Below, one piece after another: positions 31,233 to 46,703 of a DNA stretch of 64,000 nt. The notes beneath the pieces are model-generated. The model was not told the DNA's origin and did not search any database. It was given only the letters and a program-made list of their open reading frames with translations. A program made the position numbers and the translations under genes. The first letter of the stretch is position 1. The number at the start of each line of letters is the position of its first letter. The DNA lies in the NCBI RefSeq assembly GCF_009914755.1, contig NC_060925.1; one strand, 5' to 3'. This stretch comes from the human T2T-CHM13v2.0 reference genome, Homo sapiens.

Positions 31233-32517
31233 TTAATTATAGATTCAGGGGTACACACGCAGGTTTCTTGCATGGGTATACCTCATAATGCTGGGGTTCG
31301 GGCTTCTAGTGATCTCATCACCCAAACAGCGAACATACTACCCAACAGGTAGTTTATCAATCCGTCCCCCTCTTCTCCTCTCCTCCCTTTTGGGGTCTCC
31401 AGTGTCTATTATTTCCATCTGTATGTCCTTGCCTTGGATACCCATTGTTTAGCTCTCACGTGTAAGTGAGAACATGCAGTATTCAATTTTCTGTTTCTGA
31501 GTTATTTCACCTAGGATAATGGCCTCCAGCTGTATCCACATTGGTGCAAAGGACATGATTTCACTCTTTTTTATGGCTTTGTAGTATTGCATGGTGTATA
31601 CATACCACATTTTCTTTATCCAGTGTACCACTGATAGATACTTAGGTTGATTCCATGACTTTGCTATTGTGAATAGTGCTGAGATAAACATACAAGTGCA
31701 AGTGTCCGTTTGATAAAATAACTTTTTCCCTTTGGGTAGATACCCAGTGATGGAATTGCTGGGTCAAATAGTAATTCTATTTTTAGTTTGCTGAGAAATT
31801 TCCATGCTGTTTTCTGTAGGGGTTGAACTACTCTACATTCCCACCAACAGCGTGTAAGCATTTCCTTTTCTCTACATCCATGCCAACTTCTGCTATTTTT
31901 TGACTTTTTAATAATAGCCATTCTGACTGGTGTGAAATGGTATCGCATTGTGGTTTTAGTTTGCGTTTCTCTGATAATTAGAAATGTATATTTTTATAAA
32001 ATATGATACTTTCATACTTGATTTTGGCATTATGTAGAGAACAATTCAAAACGAAAGGGTTTGAACTAATGTAGACAAAACACAGCTCTGCCAGTTATGA
32101 GCTGTGTGACCTTCAACAGATTACTAACCTCTTTCAATCTGTTCCCGCTTCTGAGCAGAAAAAAGGTTATTACAAAGATTAACGGAGGGAATCTCAGTGA
32201 CATGCTGTGCTCAATGCCTGCTTCATAGTAAACCCATGTTTACCATGATGTTGGGCATTTTTCTTATGTTGGTTGCTGATATGTCTCCTTTTGAAAAGTG
32301 TCTGTTCACGTACTTTGACCACTTTTTTCTTGTTGGTTTAAGTTCCTTATAAATTCTGGATATTAGTCCTTTGTCAAGGCATAATTTGCAAATATTTTCT
32401 CCCATTCTGTAGATTTCCTGTTTATGCTGCTGATTGTTTCTTTTGCTGGACAAAAGCTCTTTAGTTTAATTAATTGCCATTAGTCTATTTTTGGTTTTGT
32501 TACATTTGCTTTTGAGA
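31233..32517 (-). mobile_element. 5'-truncated L1 (old L1PA/L1PB-type), interrupted at 31982-32245
   Basis: ORF2 C-terminal peptides (MRYHFTPVRMAIIKK; MFISALFTIAKSWNQPK) and 3'UTR; 16-bp TSD tcatatggcta(a/c)aatt at ~31217 and ~32518. Confidence 0.92.
31993..32232 (+). repeat. Dispersed direct copy of 30605-30840 (includes a MIR fragment)
   Basis: High-identity alignment by eye over ~240 bp. Confidence 0.93.
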
Positions 32518-32802
32518 TCATATGGCTACAATTAAAAGCATAGGATCAACAAGACAAAGGCTAACCTTCCCAAAGAGATACTGGAATTTCTGACTTAGAA
32601 GGTGACTCGCTACCTATGTGGCAGATTCACTGACCACCTCTAGACATGGAAATAGTTGATACAGACCTAGGGACCTTGCTTTATTTCAGCTGAGATGTAT
32701 ATTTCACTTTTTCCCCAAGACTTTGGATCAGAGTGAATTTACTTGTGAAAAATAGCAGAAAGAATACCAGCAAGAGCTGGCTGGCTAACAGTATGCTGAT
32801 TA

Positions 32803-33100
32803 TTTTTTTTTTAGAGATGGGGTCTTGCTATGTTGTTCAGGCTGAAGTGCAGTAGCTATTCACAGGCATGATCATAGCACACTGCAGCCTCAAATTTCTT
32901 GGCTCAAGTGACCTTCCTGCCTTACAGCCTCCTGAGTAGCTGGGACTACAGGTGTACGCCACTAGGCCCAGCTAATTATTTATTTATTTACTGTTGTAGA
33001 GATGAAATCTCACTATGTTGCCCAGGCTAGTCTTGTGCACCTGGCATCAAGCAATCCTTCCAAAGTGCTGGGATTACAGGCACACACTACTCTGCTCTGA
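32803..33100 (-). mobile_element. AluJ-like
   Basis: Diverged reverse Alu. Confidence 0.85.
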
Positions 33101-33151
33101 CCATTCTATTATTTGTTAGTTGGCATTCTTCCACAAAGAAAAACTTCCCCC

Positions 33152-33652
<501 letters not shown>

Positions 33653-33704
33653 ACCATCACTTTTATATTAAAAAATGTTTAATTAGTATGGATTCATGTT
33701 TCTT

Positions 33705-34006
<302 letters not shown>

Positions 34007-35184
34007 CGGATTCATGTTTCTTAATTCAAAGTTTTATAACCGATTACTGTCATCATTCATTATTCAAATTGTTGCATATATTGCCAATGGGAGCCCCTGT
34101 AAGTTGTATTCTGTGTCCTTTTGATGTATTTCTTTCCATTTTTAATACTTTATTTTTTGTCACCAGATGTTTCCTTTTTATTAACTTTTAAATTGATTGT
34201 CAAAGACAATTAGCTGCAGAGGACATGATAGTGAGTTTGAGTTGGTGGTAGCAGATTGCTGTTTCTATAATTCTAGATGATTCAGGCAGATGAACGCCTC
34301 ATTATTTCCAGGTCTATAATTGTATATGTGAAGAACAACTATGGTTTGTTTTCGGAGCGAGACAGTATGGCAGTGGAGGAAGTATAATTGTGGCTATTAT
34401 TTGTTGCTTACAGTTTTAAAAGTACTTCTGCAGATATTATTACATAGCATCGTCAACAACAACCCTGCAAGATAGGGAGGATCTTAGTTTGAGAGATGAA
34501 GAGAGCAGGGCTCCCAGCGGCCAGGGGTCATCTAGCTAGAGAGAATGCCACTGAGCTGGGATTTTAATTCAGGTTTTTGTCTGAGCTTGTGTGTTTGACA
34601 AAGCTAGATTTGGCCTTTGTCTTATCTTAGAGGGTATGCTACAAGCACACTTTGGGTCGACAGAGGAACTAAGCAGAGTGATTTTGAAAGCAGAGGCTAC
34701 TGTCTTAGAGGGGAAGATCAGCTTGGACTGAGATGCTTATCCTGTCTGGAGAAGGGGGGAAGGTGCAAGTGGCCGCTCTCTTACCTTATTCTAGCAAGGA
34801 GCCCCCTCCTTATTCTATAAGCCACTCTGCCAATCTTACTGACCAGGAAAACTGTGGTGACAGAAGGGCACACTTTTAACTGGCTTAATATTTCTAACTA
34901 CTGATCCAGAAAGGAACAATCAGAAAGAAACTTGAGGAGGATGAAGACAAAAGAGGAAAACGGTGGAACGTAATGCACCTACCTGTTGATATTTCACTAA
35001 TATAAGATGTGGCAAAGGAGCAGGGACCTCATTAATAGAAAGATCTTGACACTGTCCCCAAAGAGCTAACACAGTAGAAAGACAGGTGATTGGAAAAAAA
35101 AAAAAGTGGTTACAACTTATAAGGCAGTTACTACCCTCCAACAGCTAGCAAAATGTAATTATATTATTACCTCTATTACATTAA

Positions 35185-35463
35185 AAAATTTTTTTTAATA
35201 TTTTAATTTTTTAAATTTTTGTAGGTAGATAGGAGTATCCATTTATGTGGTATATGAGATGTATTGATACAGGCATGCGATGTGAAATGAGCACATCATG
35301 GAGAATGGAGCATCCATGCCCTCAAGCATTTATCCTTTGAGTTACAAATAATGCAGTTACACTCTTTAAGTAATTTTAAAATATACAATTAAGCTATTAT
35401 TAACTATAGTCACCCTGTTGTGCTATCAAATAGATCTTATTCATTCTATTTTTTGTAGCCATT
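35185..35463 (-). mobile_element. L1MA 3' end fragment
   Basis: atcatggagaatggagcatccatgccctcaagcatttatcctttgagttacaaa...tatagtcaccctgttgtgctatcaaa. Confidence 0.8.
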
Positions 35464-35919
35464 ATACTCCTATTACTTCCAATGAGCATTTATTGAGGAT
35501 AAGAAACTGAGACACAAGGAACTTAAGTAACTTGCCCAGGGGCACACAGCTAGTGAGTGATGAAGCCCAGATTTAAGCCCAGCAATATGACTGTAGAGTG
35601 TATCGTCTTAATCACAACACTCCATTGCCTCTTCCAAGTTTCAAAACAAAATATCCAGGCAGAGGGACCAAATTCTGGGTGTTTTTCCCCCCAAGTCATG
35701 AATGTCCTGGGGCATGAGGTCCATGACAGTGAATTCCAGATTCGCTAGCAGAGTTGCTTTCTGTTAGGACGTATTCTCTCACTGCCAGGTTATGTTTGAT
35801 TGTTTTTGTTTTTTACAAAAGACATAATCATTACTTCAACTGTATTCTCTGCATTAAAATTCAGGACATAATCTGTCTGATGATTTTGGGGTCATGTATT
35901 TATACCCTGTAAATTGATA

Positions 35920-36963
<1,044 letters not shown>

Positions 36964-37683
36964 TCATCTGCCCCATTCCTAATGCCGTCTTCCAGGTTCA
37001 AGGATGCTTGTGTGATGTCACGCGAGCTTGCCTTTCATCTTTCTCCAAACCTTTACTCACACTGCCCTAGGAGGAGGAATGAATGAGCTGATTGTGAGAC
37101 TGAGGAAGAGTTATCAGCTTGGTCCCTTGCTTCTTCTTGGGAGACCTATCCCACCCTCAACACCCATGCCTCAAGTCTTGCCTGGACAAGCCCCTTCATG
37201 TCCAGATGTGCCCTAGTCTAGCACTGGCTGTGCCTGGGTGATAAGCCTACCTAGTTCTGGGGTTCAGTGAGGAAGATGTTTGGATCTCACATTAAGCTAC
37301 ATCTTCCAATTTAGCCTTTGTCATTAAGGCGATCATTTGGCCTGCATCTGCTACTCCTTGTCAGAATTGTCAATCTGTTCAGGAAGAAGGATGGCTTTGA
37401 AGGGGAGCAGAATATGCCACCTGAAAATATGCCACTTTGGCAAAAGGATTATTTTGAGCTGAAGGCAATAGAGAAGAAAACACAGGGAAATATCTCTGTC
37501 TCCCCCATTTGCCTAAAAGCAGGACATGAGTTTACAAAAGTGTCCTCCTCCCCTCTCTACCAGGAAGGACAATGTTCAACACCAGAGACAACTTTAGACC
37601 CTTATCAGCCTGGAGACCAACCCCAGAGGAATCTACATAACAACCTTAATTAACTAGCGTTTATCTGTCATTAGTTTCTTATA

Positions 37684-38336
<653 letters not shown>

Positions 38337-38482
38337 CATTTGCGTTCCCATGATTGGTTGCCTCTACAGACTCTAGGTCTTTTTCCTTTGTCTCGTCACT
38401 TCTCCAAAAATGTATTGTTATTTACTGAAGATGCTATGTAAGCCAGAGTTAGAAGTCACCTTTTTGAGAATTGCTCATTCTC

Positions 38483-38775
38483 AGCTGGGCATGGTGGCTC
38501 ACACCTGTAATCCAAGCATTTTTGGAGGCTGAGGCAAGAGGACTGCTTGAGGCCAGGAGAGTAAGACCAACCTGGTCAACACAGCAAGACCCTGTCTCTA
38601 CCAAAAAACTTTAAACATTAGCCAGGTATGGTAGCATGTGCCTGTAGTCCTAACTACTCAGGAGGCTGAGGCAGGAGGATTGCTTGAACCCAGGAATTTG
38701 AGGTTACAGTGAACTATGATCGTGCCACTGCACTCTAGCCTGGGCAACAGAGCAAGACTCTGCCTGTAAAAAATT
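38483..38775 (+). mobile_element. AluJ-like
   Basis: Diverged dimer; TSD ttgctcattctc. Confidence 0.87.
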
Positions 38776-39075
38776 TTTTTAAATTAAACTTCAAAAATGA
38801 GAGAGATTTGCTCATTCTCTGGGTATCTCCCAAATACATATGAAATGTACATGTAAGCTTCTGTTTGTTTTTTCTTCTTCTTAATCTGCCTTTTGGAGCA
38901 GGTGATCTCAGCCCAGAATTTAGAAGGGTAAAGGGAAATTTTTACCCCCTTACACTATTTATTAAGCCATCTCAGAGACCCCAAAAGTAGAGTCTGGACA
39001 TGGGTTGGGATTCTTATATATGAAATTCTCCTGGATATTTTGATGGAGTAGGGGACTGAATATCAGAATCTGTGA

Positions 39076-39111
39076 TGAACTCAGCGCCTTAGACCGCTCG
39101 GCCATCCTGAC
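39076..39111 (-). pseudogene. 5'-half tRNA-Leu(CAG) retrocopy (tailless retropseudogene)
   Basis: Minus strand GTCAGGATGGCCGAGCGGTCTAAGGCGCTGAGTTCA matches nt 1-36 of human tRNA-Leu-CAG as recalled (1 mismatch). Flanked by the direct repeat cagaatctgtgatgaac at 39064-39080 and 39116-39132. Confidence 0.9.
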
Positions 39112-40871
39112 ACACCAGAATCTGTGATGAACAATTGCAATGGACAACATAAGTTTCAGAAAATGATCATGAGGGAGGCATTGTTCATTAGCTCAAGAAT
39201 TCCAGTTCTCTTCCTGAGTTGATAGAAAAGTTATAGCCAAAATAGCAAATACATGCTGACTCTCCTGACTCACACGCCCAATGCTGGCAATGATAGTCAA
39301 TCACACTGTTCTTTCCTGAGCCTGCCCTTGGCCTCGCCGTCTCTCTCAGCCCATTGCTTCAAGCAGCTACTAACAATTGAGACTGCCCACAAGATGAAAT
39401 TGAAGTTACAACTTGGAGGCAAACTAGGAAATGGAGCTCATTACATTTTCTAATTAAGCCAGACTTATCTAGAGAATCATTTTTATTTCAACCCACATTA
39501 AAAGTATTTCTAAAATGTATAAATGCTATTTTCTAAAACTGAAATTATGACATCCGAGTTTGCCTTAGGGCCTCCGAACTGTACTTGGTAGAAGACACAG
39601 GAGGTTGGTCCATCTGTAGGTTCAGGATTTATCCTTGGATTTATTTATTTTAAAATAAATGCTTGACTCAAGCACATTTTTGGATTCAAGTTGCCTCTTC
39701 AAATTAAAGCACAGTGACATTCTTAGGAACTGAGGACTTATCATCAATTATTGCTAGTATTTGTTTCCAAACGAAGAGCCAGGAAAAAGATAGTAGAGCA
39801 GACTCAAGTCCTTGACACCAGATCTTACCCAGTAACTACAAAGCAATTAAACTCTGCTCTATCATTGTTCAAGGATGATGTCAAGTGCTTTTCCACGAGA
39901 GGGCGATTATATGTGATTTTTCCCTTTCCTCTAGTGTCTTGAATCTCAGTAATTTTCATAAGTTGAGGCTGCATTAATAAATCCCATTATTTGCAAATTC
40001 TTTTTTGCCCACCATGGGCTCTGTCAAATTGACATGTACCCCACCGACACCAGCTAAATGAGAAGCTGACTGATGGCTACTTTCAAGTCTGATGCTTATC
40101 TGGGGTAAATTTTCTGTGCCTCAATAAGACTCCTCAAAACCTTGCAAGAAACCAGATCTGGGAAAGATTCCTCAAAGGAATAGCATAACTTCTTGCTTAG
40201 AAAAGTTGTATACCATTAAAGCTGCCATTACCTCCAGAACCAAAAAATGATGTTCAAAAGCATAAGTGTCAACTATGTGGCCCAGCTGGGTGCAAGGACT
40301 GTAAATCATAAGTTTTCTCGTGAGTGCACATAACGGGCCCTCTTCACTGCAGATTGGCCACACAGCACAGAAGACAATTTTGGCTGCTATATTTCAAGTC
40401 CACCAAGGGCGATCAGCATCATCTGGCCAAATATGTGCTGTTTCCAGAGGTTTAAAATAGTTTTTCTAAATGTATCTTTTCACAGTCTGAATATGGCTTA
40501 AGTTTCTTCCGAGTTGACACATTGAAGGGGATGAGACAATTCTGTAATGAGTGAAACTTGCTAGATAATGATATAAGTTCTGCAAGTTGATTCACTTTCA
40601 GACCCCCAAAAGTAGCACGTAAGCCTATGCAGGAATATTTCCCTAATGCAATAAATTAGTTTCTATAAGAAACATTCTATGTACACAGAATTTTAATTAA
40701 CAAATCTAAATTTGAATATGTCAAAGTTTTAAAATCCGGTATTTTTTCATTTTATTATTTTCTTGATATAAAACTTCAGGAAAAACTTCAAATGGTTTTG
40801 GCAGAACAGATTTCTTCATTGAATGTTTCTATAAAACAAATAACAGTTTTTGGTAATGAAAATAATTGTGA

Positions 40872-41179
<308 letters not shown>

Positions 41180-41609
41180 TTAAATCTATTCACGCACTTT
41201 TAAGATTCCAGCAAACTTCTTCATATTTTTAGAAATCATTACATGCATAGGTTAAGAAACTTCAAAAAGTACAGATGATCCCCAGTGTAAAGTAATCCCA
41301 CTCCTGATTGCTGTGTGTTCCAGCGTCCTGCCCCAGGGTCACCAACTGGTACCAGATGCTATTTTCTGCAACTGTAGTTATTGTTATTTCCTGTACACAC
41401 ATTCCTTTGTAGCTAATCTATTTTCTATTTAAATATTTCCTGTACACACATTCCTTAACTTTCTATGTTTGAATCTCTCAAAACATGCAGGATAATTTAC
41501 TAAGATACATATTTCCTTCATTTCTTCATCTGAAAGAAGACAGGACCTCAAGACAGTTTTCATCCAGGGCTAAAAGCGGAGACTGTGCACAAGCCACTTC
41601 CATTTCTTA

Positions 41610-41873
41610 TTTTTTTTTCTTTTTTGAGACGGAGTCTTGCTCTGTCACCCAGGCTGGAGTGCAGTGCAGTGCTCATGGCTCACTGCAACCTCCATCTCCA
41701 TGGTTCAAGCGATTCTTCTGCCTCAGCCTCCTGTAGCCTACTTGGACTACAGGTGCGTGCCACCATGCCCAGCTAATATTTGTATTTTTAGTAGAGATAT
41801 GGTTTCACCATGTTGGCCAGGATGGTCTCGATCTCTTGATCTCATGACCCGCCCGCCTCGGCCTTCCAAAGTG
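41610..41873 (-). mobile_element. AluS (Sc-like), 5'-truncated
   Basis: Reverse Alu; TSD cacttcc(c)atttct. Confidence 0.88.
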
Positions 41874-42790
41874 CACTTCCATTTCTATATAGTATTTTGT
41901 CTTCCCAAATCCTGAGCTGTTGAAGAGATGACACAGGGTGTCTGGAGAGGAATGCCTTGGAGATGCACCAAGGTAGAGAGGAGAAGGTCCTCACAACTGG
42001 AAAGGGGGGGAAGTCCATGGGTCTTGCAAGGACCAAAGGACCCGCCACCTGGACCCAGGCAGACTCTCAGAGGTCAAATGTTGTGTGTACCCACAAAGGC
42101 TGGACTCTAGGCCCTGGGACTCCAGCTTTGCCAGTCCCCAAAACTGAAGGGACATGAGGCTGTGCTGATGGGTTCTACTGACAACTAGCTGGGACAAACA
42201 CATATAACCAGAGGGGTCCTGAGCTGCTGGGAAAGACTCCAGGATCTTGTACAACCTTGGTCAGTCAGGGCTGAGACTGAATTCCTGCCAGTCATCAGCT
42301 TGGCAGGTAAGTAAAGATTTGGAATGGAGTATCTTTTAAATCTGAGTTGCTGGGCTGAGATTCACACCCACCACACACACATAGTACTTGATCTTCTTAG
42401 GATGGGTCATATGGTTACTGTGATCCTGAACCTCCCCTTCCATGCTCCAGCCTACTAAGCTTATGATCAAGGAATTCCCTGTGGATTACACGGATATCCC
42501 TTGACTGAAAACGGCTCATGCTGGCAGGGATGAGAGATCAAGTTGTGAAACTGTTCTGGAAGCAAGAAATGGTGGTCTCTAACCAGTGATATATATATAT
42601 TTTAACATAATCTAAGCTTGTCTGCCTGCACAAAGAAGCATTTGCTAAGATAAAAAGGAAAGAACATACAAAATTAAAATTTGCCATTTATCCAGAAATG
42701 AACCAACTCGCCCACCATGTAACAAACAGAAAACTGCACTCATATTACCAAGGAATGCTACACTGAGAAAGAGAATAAGAATTTATTAAA

Positions 42791-42793
42791 ACA

Positions 42794-42826
<33 letters not shown>
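42791..42826. repeat. (CA)n microsatellite
   Basis: Directly visible. Confidence 0.95.
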
Positions 42827-43372
42827 CCCACTTACGCAAACAAACTCTTTTGTAGGTACAGGTGCTAAAAACAGAAAACCCATATAAAGCTAAACCCATT
42901 CCATGAAACACATATGATATCACATACTTATCATTAATTTTTGATAGTGAAATTATACTAAGCTTCCTGGAGAAGGAATCAAGGAGTTAGTTAAGAGATG
43001 TGTGTTAGGCTAAGTCGCCATCTGCTCTTGTCTCATTATCAATTTGTAGGGCAAAGTTTTTTTCAATGGTCTATTCCTTGCTGGTGAGAGATTTGAAAAG
43101 TCACTGGAAAGGAAACCTCTGTCTGCTAACTGTGCTTGTGGTCTGGACACAGAATATTAAGTTGGATTCTCCTGTATTTTAATAGCATGCAGTGCCATGA
43201 GGAGCTGAACAACTTCCAGATTATATAACTGATGGGTACCTGTCAAAAGGATGCTGCTGCTCAACTTAGAAAAAGGTGAAATCAAGGGATGGTCAAAATC
43301 ATGAACACTAGAAACTATTCCTAGAAAAATGCACATAAATACTCATATAGTCATGCATTTCAAAATAGCAAA

Positions 43373-43432
43373 ACGATGATGACGGTGATGACGGTGATGA
43401 TGATGGTGATGATGATGATGATGATGATGATA
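43373..43432. repeat. (GAT)n imperfect microsatellite adjoining a MIR
   Basis: Directly visible. Confidence 0.93.
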
Positions 43433-45204
43433 GTAATCGCTGCCACTTATTGAGAGGCCCATAAGCCAAGTACTTTGCAGACATGATGACACTACCTTGG
43501 GACACAAATCTTAGCATTCTCGTTTTTAAGATGAAGACAATGAGGTTTGGGCAACTGTGTCACGTATTGGGCCCAGAGTCACAAGTTAGTAGCAGAACCA
43601 GTTTTTAAATCTTGTCTGTCTGCCACTAAAGTCTGGCGTGCTCAAACATCCCCCCTTGGAAGCTTCTCTCACACTGTGTGTATGTGACTGTATCAGGACA
43701 ACAGTTCAAAACCAGCCCTGGTATGGACTAGGAGGTAAGGATGACTGAATGCTAACAGAAATAAACATTTGCGAGTCGGGCTTCTCCTTTGTTCTCCTTT
43801 TGCTATCTAATAAAACGTATTGATTGTCACCACCAATAATTGTCTACACTCCATTAATACATGGATGGATTTCTATCCCTGAAAGGACCACATTAAGTCA
43901 CCAAATCTAGCTTCAATTTTCACCAGGAGCTGTTATCAATCCTTCAAAAGTGTTCAAGCCTCCAAGGGATATAATTTCTCTACTTGACGTGTCAATGGAT
44001 TCTGACATATTTTAAAACTAATGAATTCTATTATACAATATAACAGTTACTAGGTATTATAGACACAAGAAAAATGAACATCCAAGTGTTTTCTATGAAG
44101 TTTCTTATAAATATGTAAATATTTTAAATAATGAGCAATAAACTTTTCATTCATATTCACATTATAATTAACTTTTTAATTTAAGTAGCATCCTAGAAGC
44201 TATAAATTCAGGCTTCTGATTCACTTCCAATCACCTTCTAATTTATATTTGCTCTCATTACAACTAGTCTATGAAAAACTTCAATCTTGCAATTCTCTAA
44301 TCTTGGAAGTTTAAAAATTCATAAGATATAATTAGAATCTGCGTGGGAGACATTAGGGTTTAGTAAAAGGAATGATGAACTAGGAGTCTCAGGAACTTGA
44401 AACCAGGCCGAAGTCTGTCTGCTACTCAAATTATTTCTTTGAAAATAACTTTACTCATCTGTAAAATGATGAGAGTGCAAGAGATACTTTTAAAGGTACC
44501 TTCCAGAGTTAAGATGATGAATCATATCTTTTAAAACTCATAAAATTATTTAAACATATTAAAATTATTACAAATCTAGTTGTATGTACAGAAGTGAGTG
44601 TGCATATGCATATATACATATACTATATATATCAGAAATAATTTGCTCATAGAATGAAACCACAGTTAAATGTGAATGATATGATTTCAGTTTAAAATAC
44701 ATGAAATGAAAAAAAAATTAAATTCGAAACCTCTGAACATTTTCAGACTATTACTACTGGGAGTCACAAAATTAGTCCTTTTTAAGAATTTAACAACTTT
44801 TTAACAGTCTTTAATCTTTATCCTAAAGGGAAACAGTAATAGCCTAATCACTCAAGTGTGGGAAAAATAAAAGAATCACTCTCATTCTCGCTTGCTTAAC
44901 CCTGACCACAACTCTCAAGCTTGAACATGCCATGTATCCTCTTCTGCACTCGTTATTTTGGGATTTGGAGGAGTGTGTGGGAGGGGAGGATGGAAGGAGG
45001 AGTGGGGACGTAAGGGGGAGAAAGTGGAGCGGGGAAAAAGATGAGAAGATGGCCTAAGGCAAGAATAAGAGAGGAAGAAACTTATGAGAAATCAAGGAAA
45101 CAGTGGCACTTCCGTGAGAGGGGAAGATCATATTTAACAAGTGGAACCTTGAATGGAGGGAAAGAATACATTCAGGAAGAAGAGGCCATAGAAAGCATGT
45201 AGAG

Positions 45205-45404
45205 CAGGGGTGCCCAAGGGAGAGAACACAGTCATGGCTTCTTAGTTTCTGTGTTTGGTCTGGTTGGGCCAGTAAAGCCCCTTCCTCATCCCGCTTTTCT
45301 GCTTACTACTAGAGACAGAAATTAAAAACCATGGCTTTGGGCTGATAAAACCCAACAAAACAGAAGAACAACAACAACAAAATAAGGAGGGTTGGGCAAT
45401 CTTG
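45205..45404 (+). mobile_element. hAT-Charlie MITE (MER30B-like)
   Basis: Termini caggggtgcccaa...ttgggcaatcttg; 8-bp TSD atgtaga(g/c), typical of hAT. Confidence 0.78.
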
Positions 45405-45415
45405 ATGTAGACTAA

Positions 45416-45711
45416 GTTTTCTTTTCTTTTTTTTTTTTTTTTTAAGATGGAGTCTCACTCTGTTGCCCAAGCTGGAGTGCAATGGCACTAAACCTCTGCC
45501 TCCTGGGTTCAAGCAATTCTCCCACCTCAGCCTCCCGAGTAGCTGGGATTACAGGTGCATGCCATCACGCCCAGCTAATTTTTGTATTTTTAGTAGAGAT
45601 CGGGTTTCACCATGTTGGCCAGGCTGGTCTCCAGCTTCTGACCTCAGGTGATCCGCCCACCTCGGCCTCCCAAAGTGCTGGGATTACAGGCATGAGCCAC
45701 TGCACTTGGCC
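45416..45711 (-). mobile_element. AluS
   Basis: Reverse dimer with poly-T. Confidence 0.9.
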
Positions 45712-46620
45712 TATTTTTTTATAATTCAAACTTTGTTACAGGAAATACTTCTCCTTCCAATTCTCTCCTGTCCATGATTCCCTAATTGGAATTCAATCAG
45801 TCATTTCTAAGGTTGAAGATGGAAATTTCCAAGGCTTTTATAATTGCTCAATATAGATATTTTGAGCAAGCTCCTGCCTGACGGGAATAAATAATTTATT
45901 GAGTTTTTTTTATTCTTAGAGTATGGAAAAATATTTTACCTGGAGAAGGTCAAAAAGAACACCTTGTCACAAGAAAAGGCAAAATGTACCATTTAAAGTT
46001 TAAATCAGGATAACAGCTCACTCAACAGTGGGTTTTCAGTCTTCACACTTAAATGCCAAAGCTTACTTGGTTGCAGGATCAACAGGACCAATTTTTTTTT
46101 TTCCAGCAAAAAGTCATCCTCACCAGGGGCTCCATACCAAAAGCATCCTTGCACAGCTGGGGCATAAAGTCAGCAGCAGCAATTGTACAAGATGCTGTCA
46201 AGACTTAGAGGGTGCATTGCAGGAAGTGTCTCATTCTGGTCTCATGTTCCCTAAACACACACGCTGAGAGCAGACAGTCTATCATCTTGGGTCCTGTCTC
46301 ACTCCTCTTCTACTGGCTGTGTACAGACAGCCTGTGACTCCTATCTCTTGGATAGGAGACTCCTGGATATCTTCCCAGAAAGACCAGTGGGATTCTTTTA
46401 TTTCTTTTCTAGCATACTTAATAAAACCAAGTCTCTCTGAACTTAGTGGGTAGTAACAGTCCCTTAAAAAAGTTGTCACTCCTGTTCTTAGGCTCCCCTA
46501 TAACACAAATAATCATGATTGAGTTTGGGGGAGGTCCTTTTAAAAATATTTATGTATACACATGGTCACACCACTTAGTTTTCTTGCACCAAGATAAGGA
46601 GAGGAAGATGGAAAGCATCT

Positions 46621-46703
46621 TATAGGTTGGTGCAAAAGTAATCATGGGTTTTGCCATTAAAAGTAATAACAAAAATCACAATTACTTTTGCTCCAACCTG
46701 ATA
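46621..46703. mobile_element. MADE1 (Hsmar1 MITE)
   Basis: Palindromic taggttggtgcaaaagtaat...attacttttgctccaacctga. Confidence 0.92.

Noticed and set aside
39064-39132. Repeat-spacer-repeat resembling a minimal CRISPR unit, or a functional tRNA gene
   Set aside because: Eukaryotic context with only two repeats, explained as a TSD. The tRNA lacks its 3' half and B-box.
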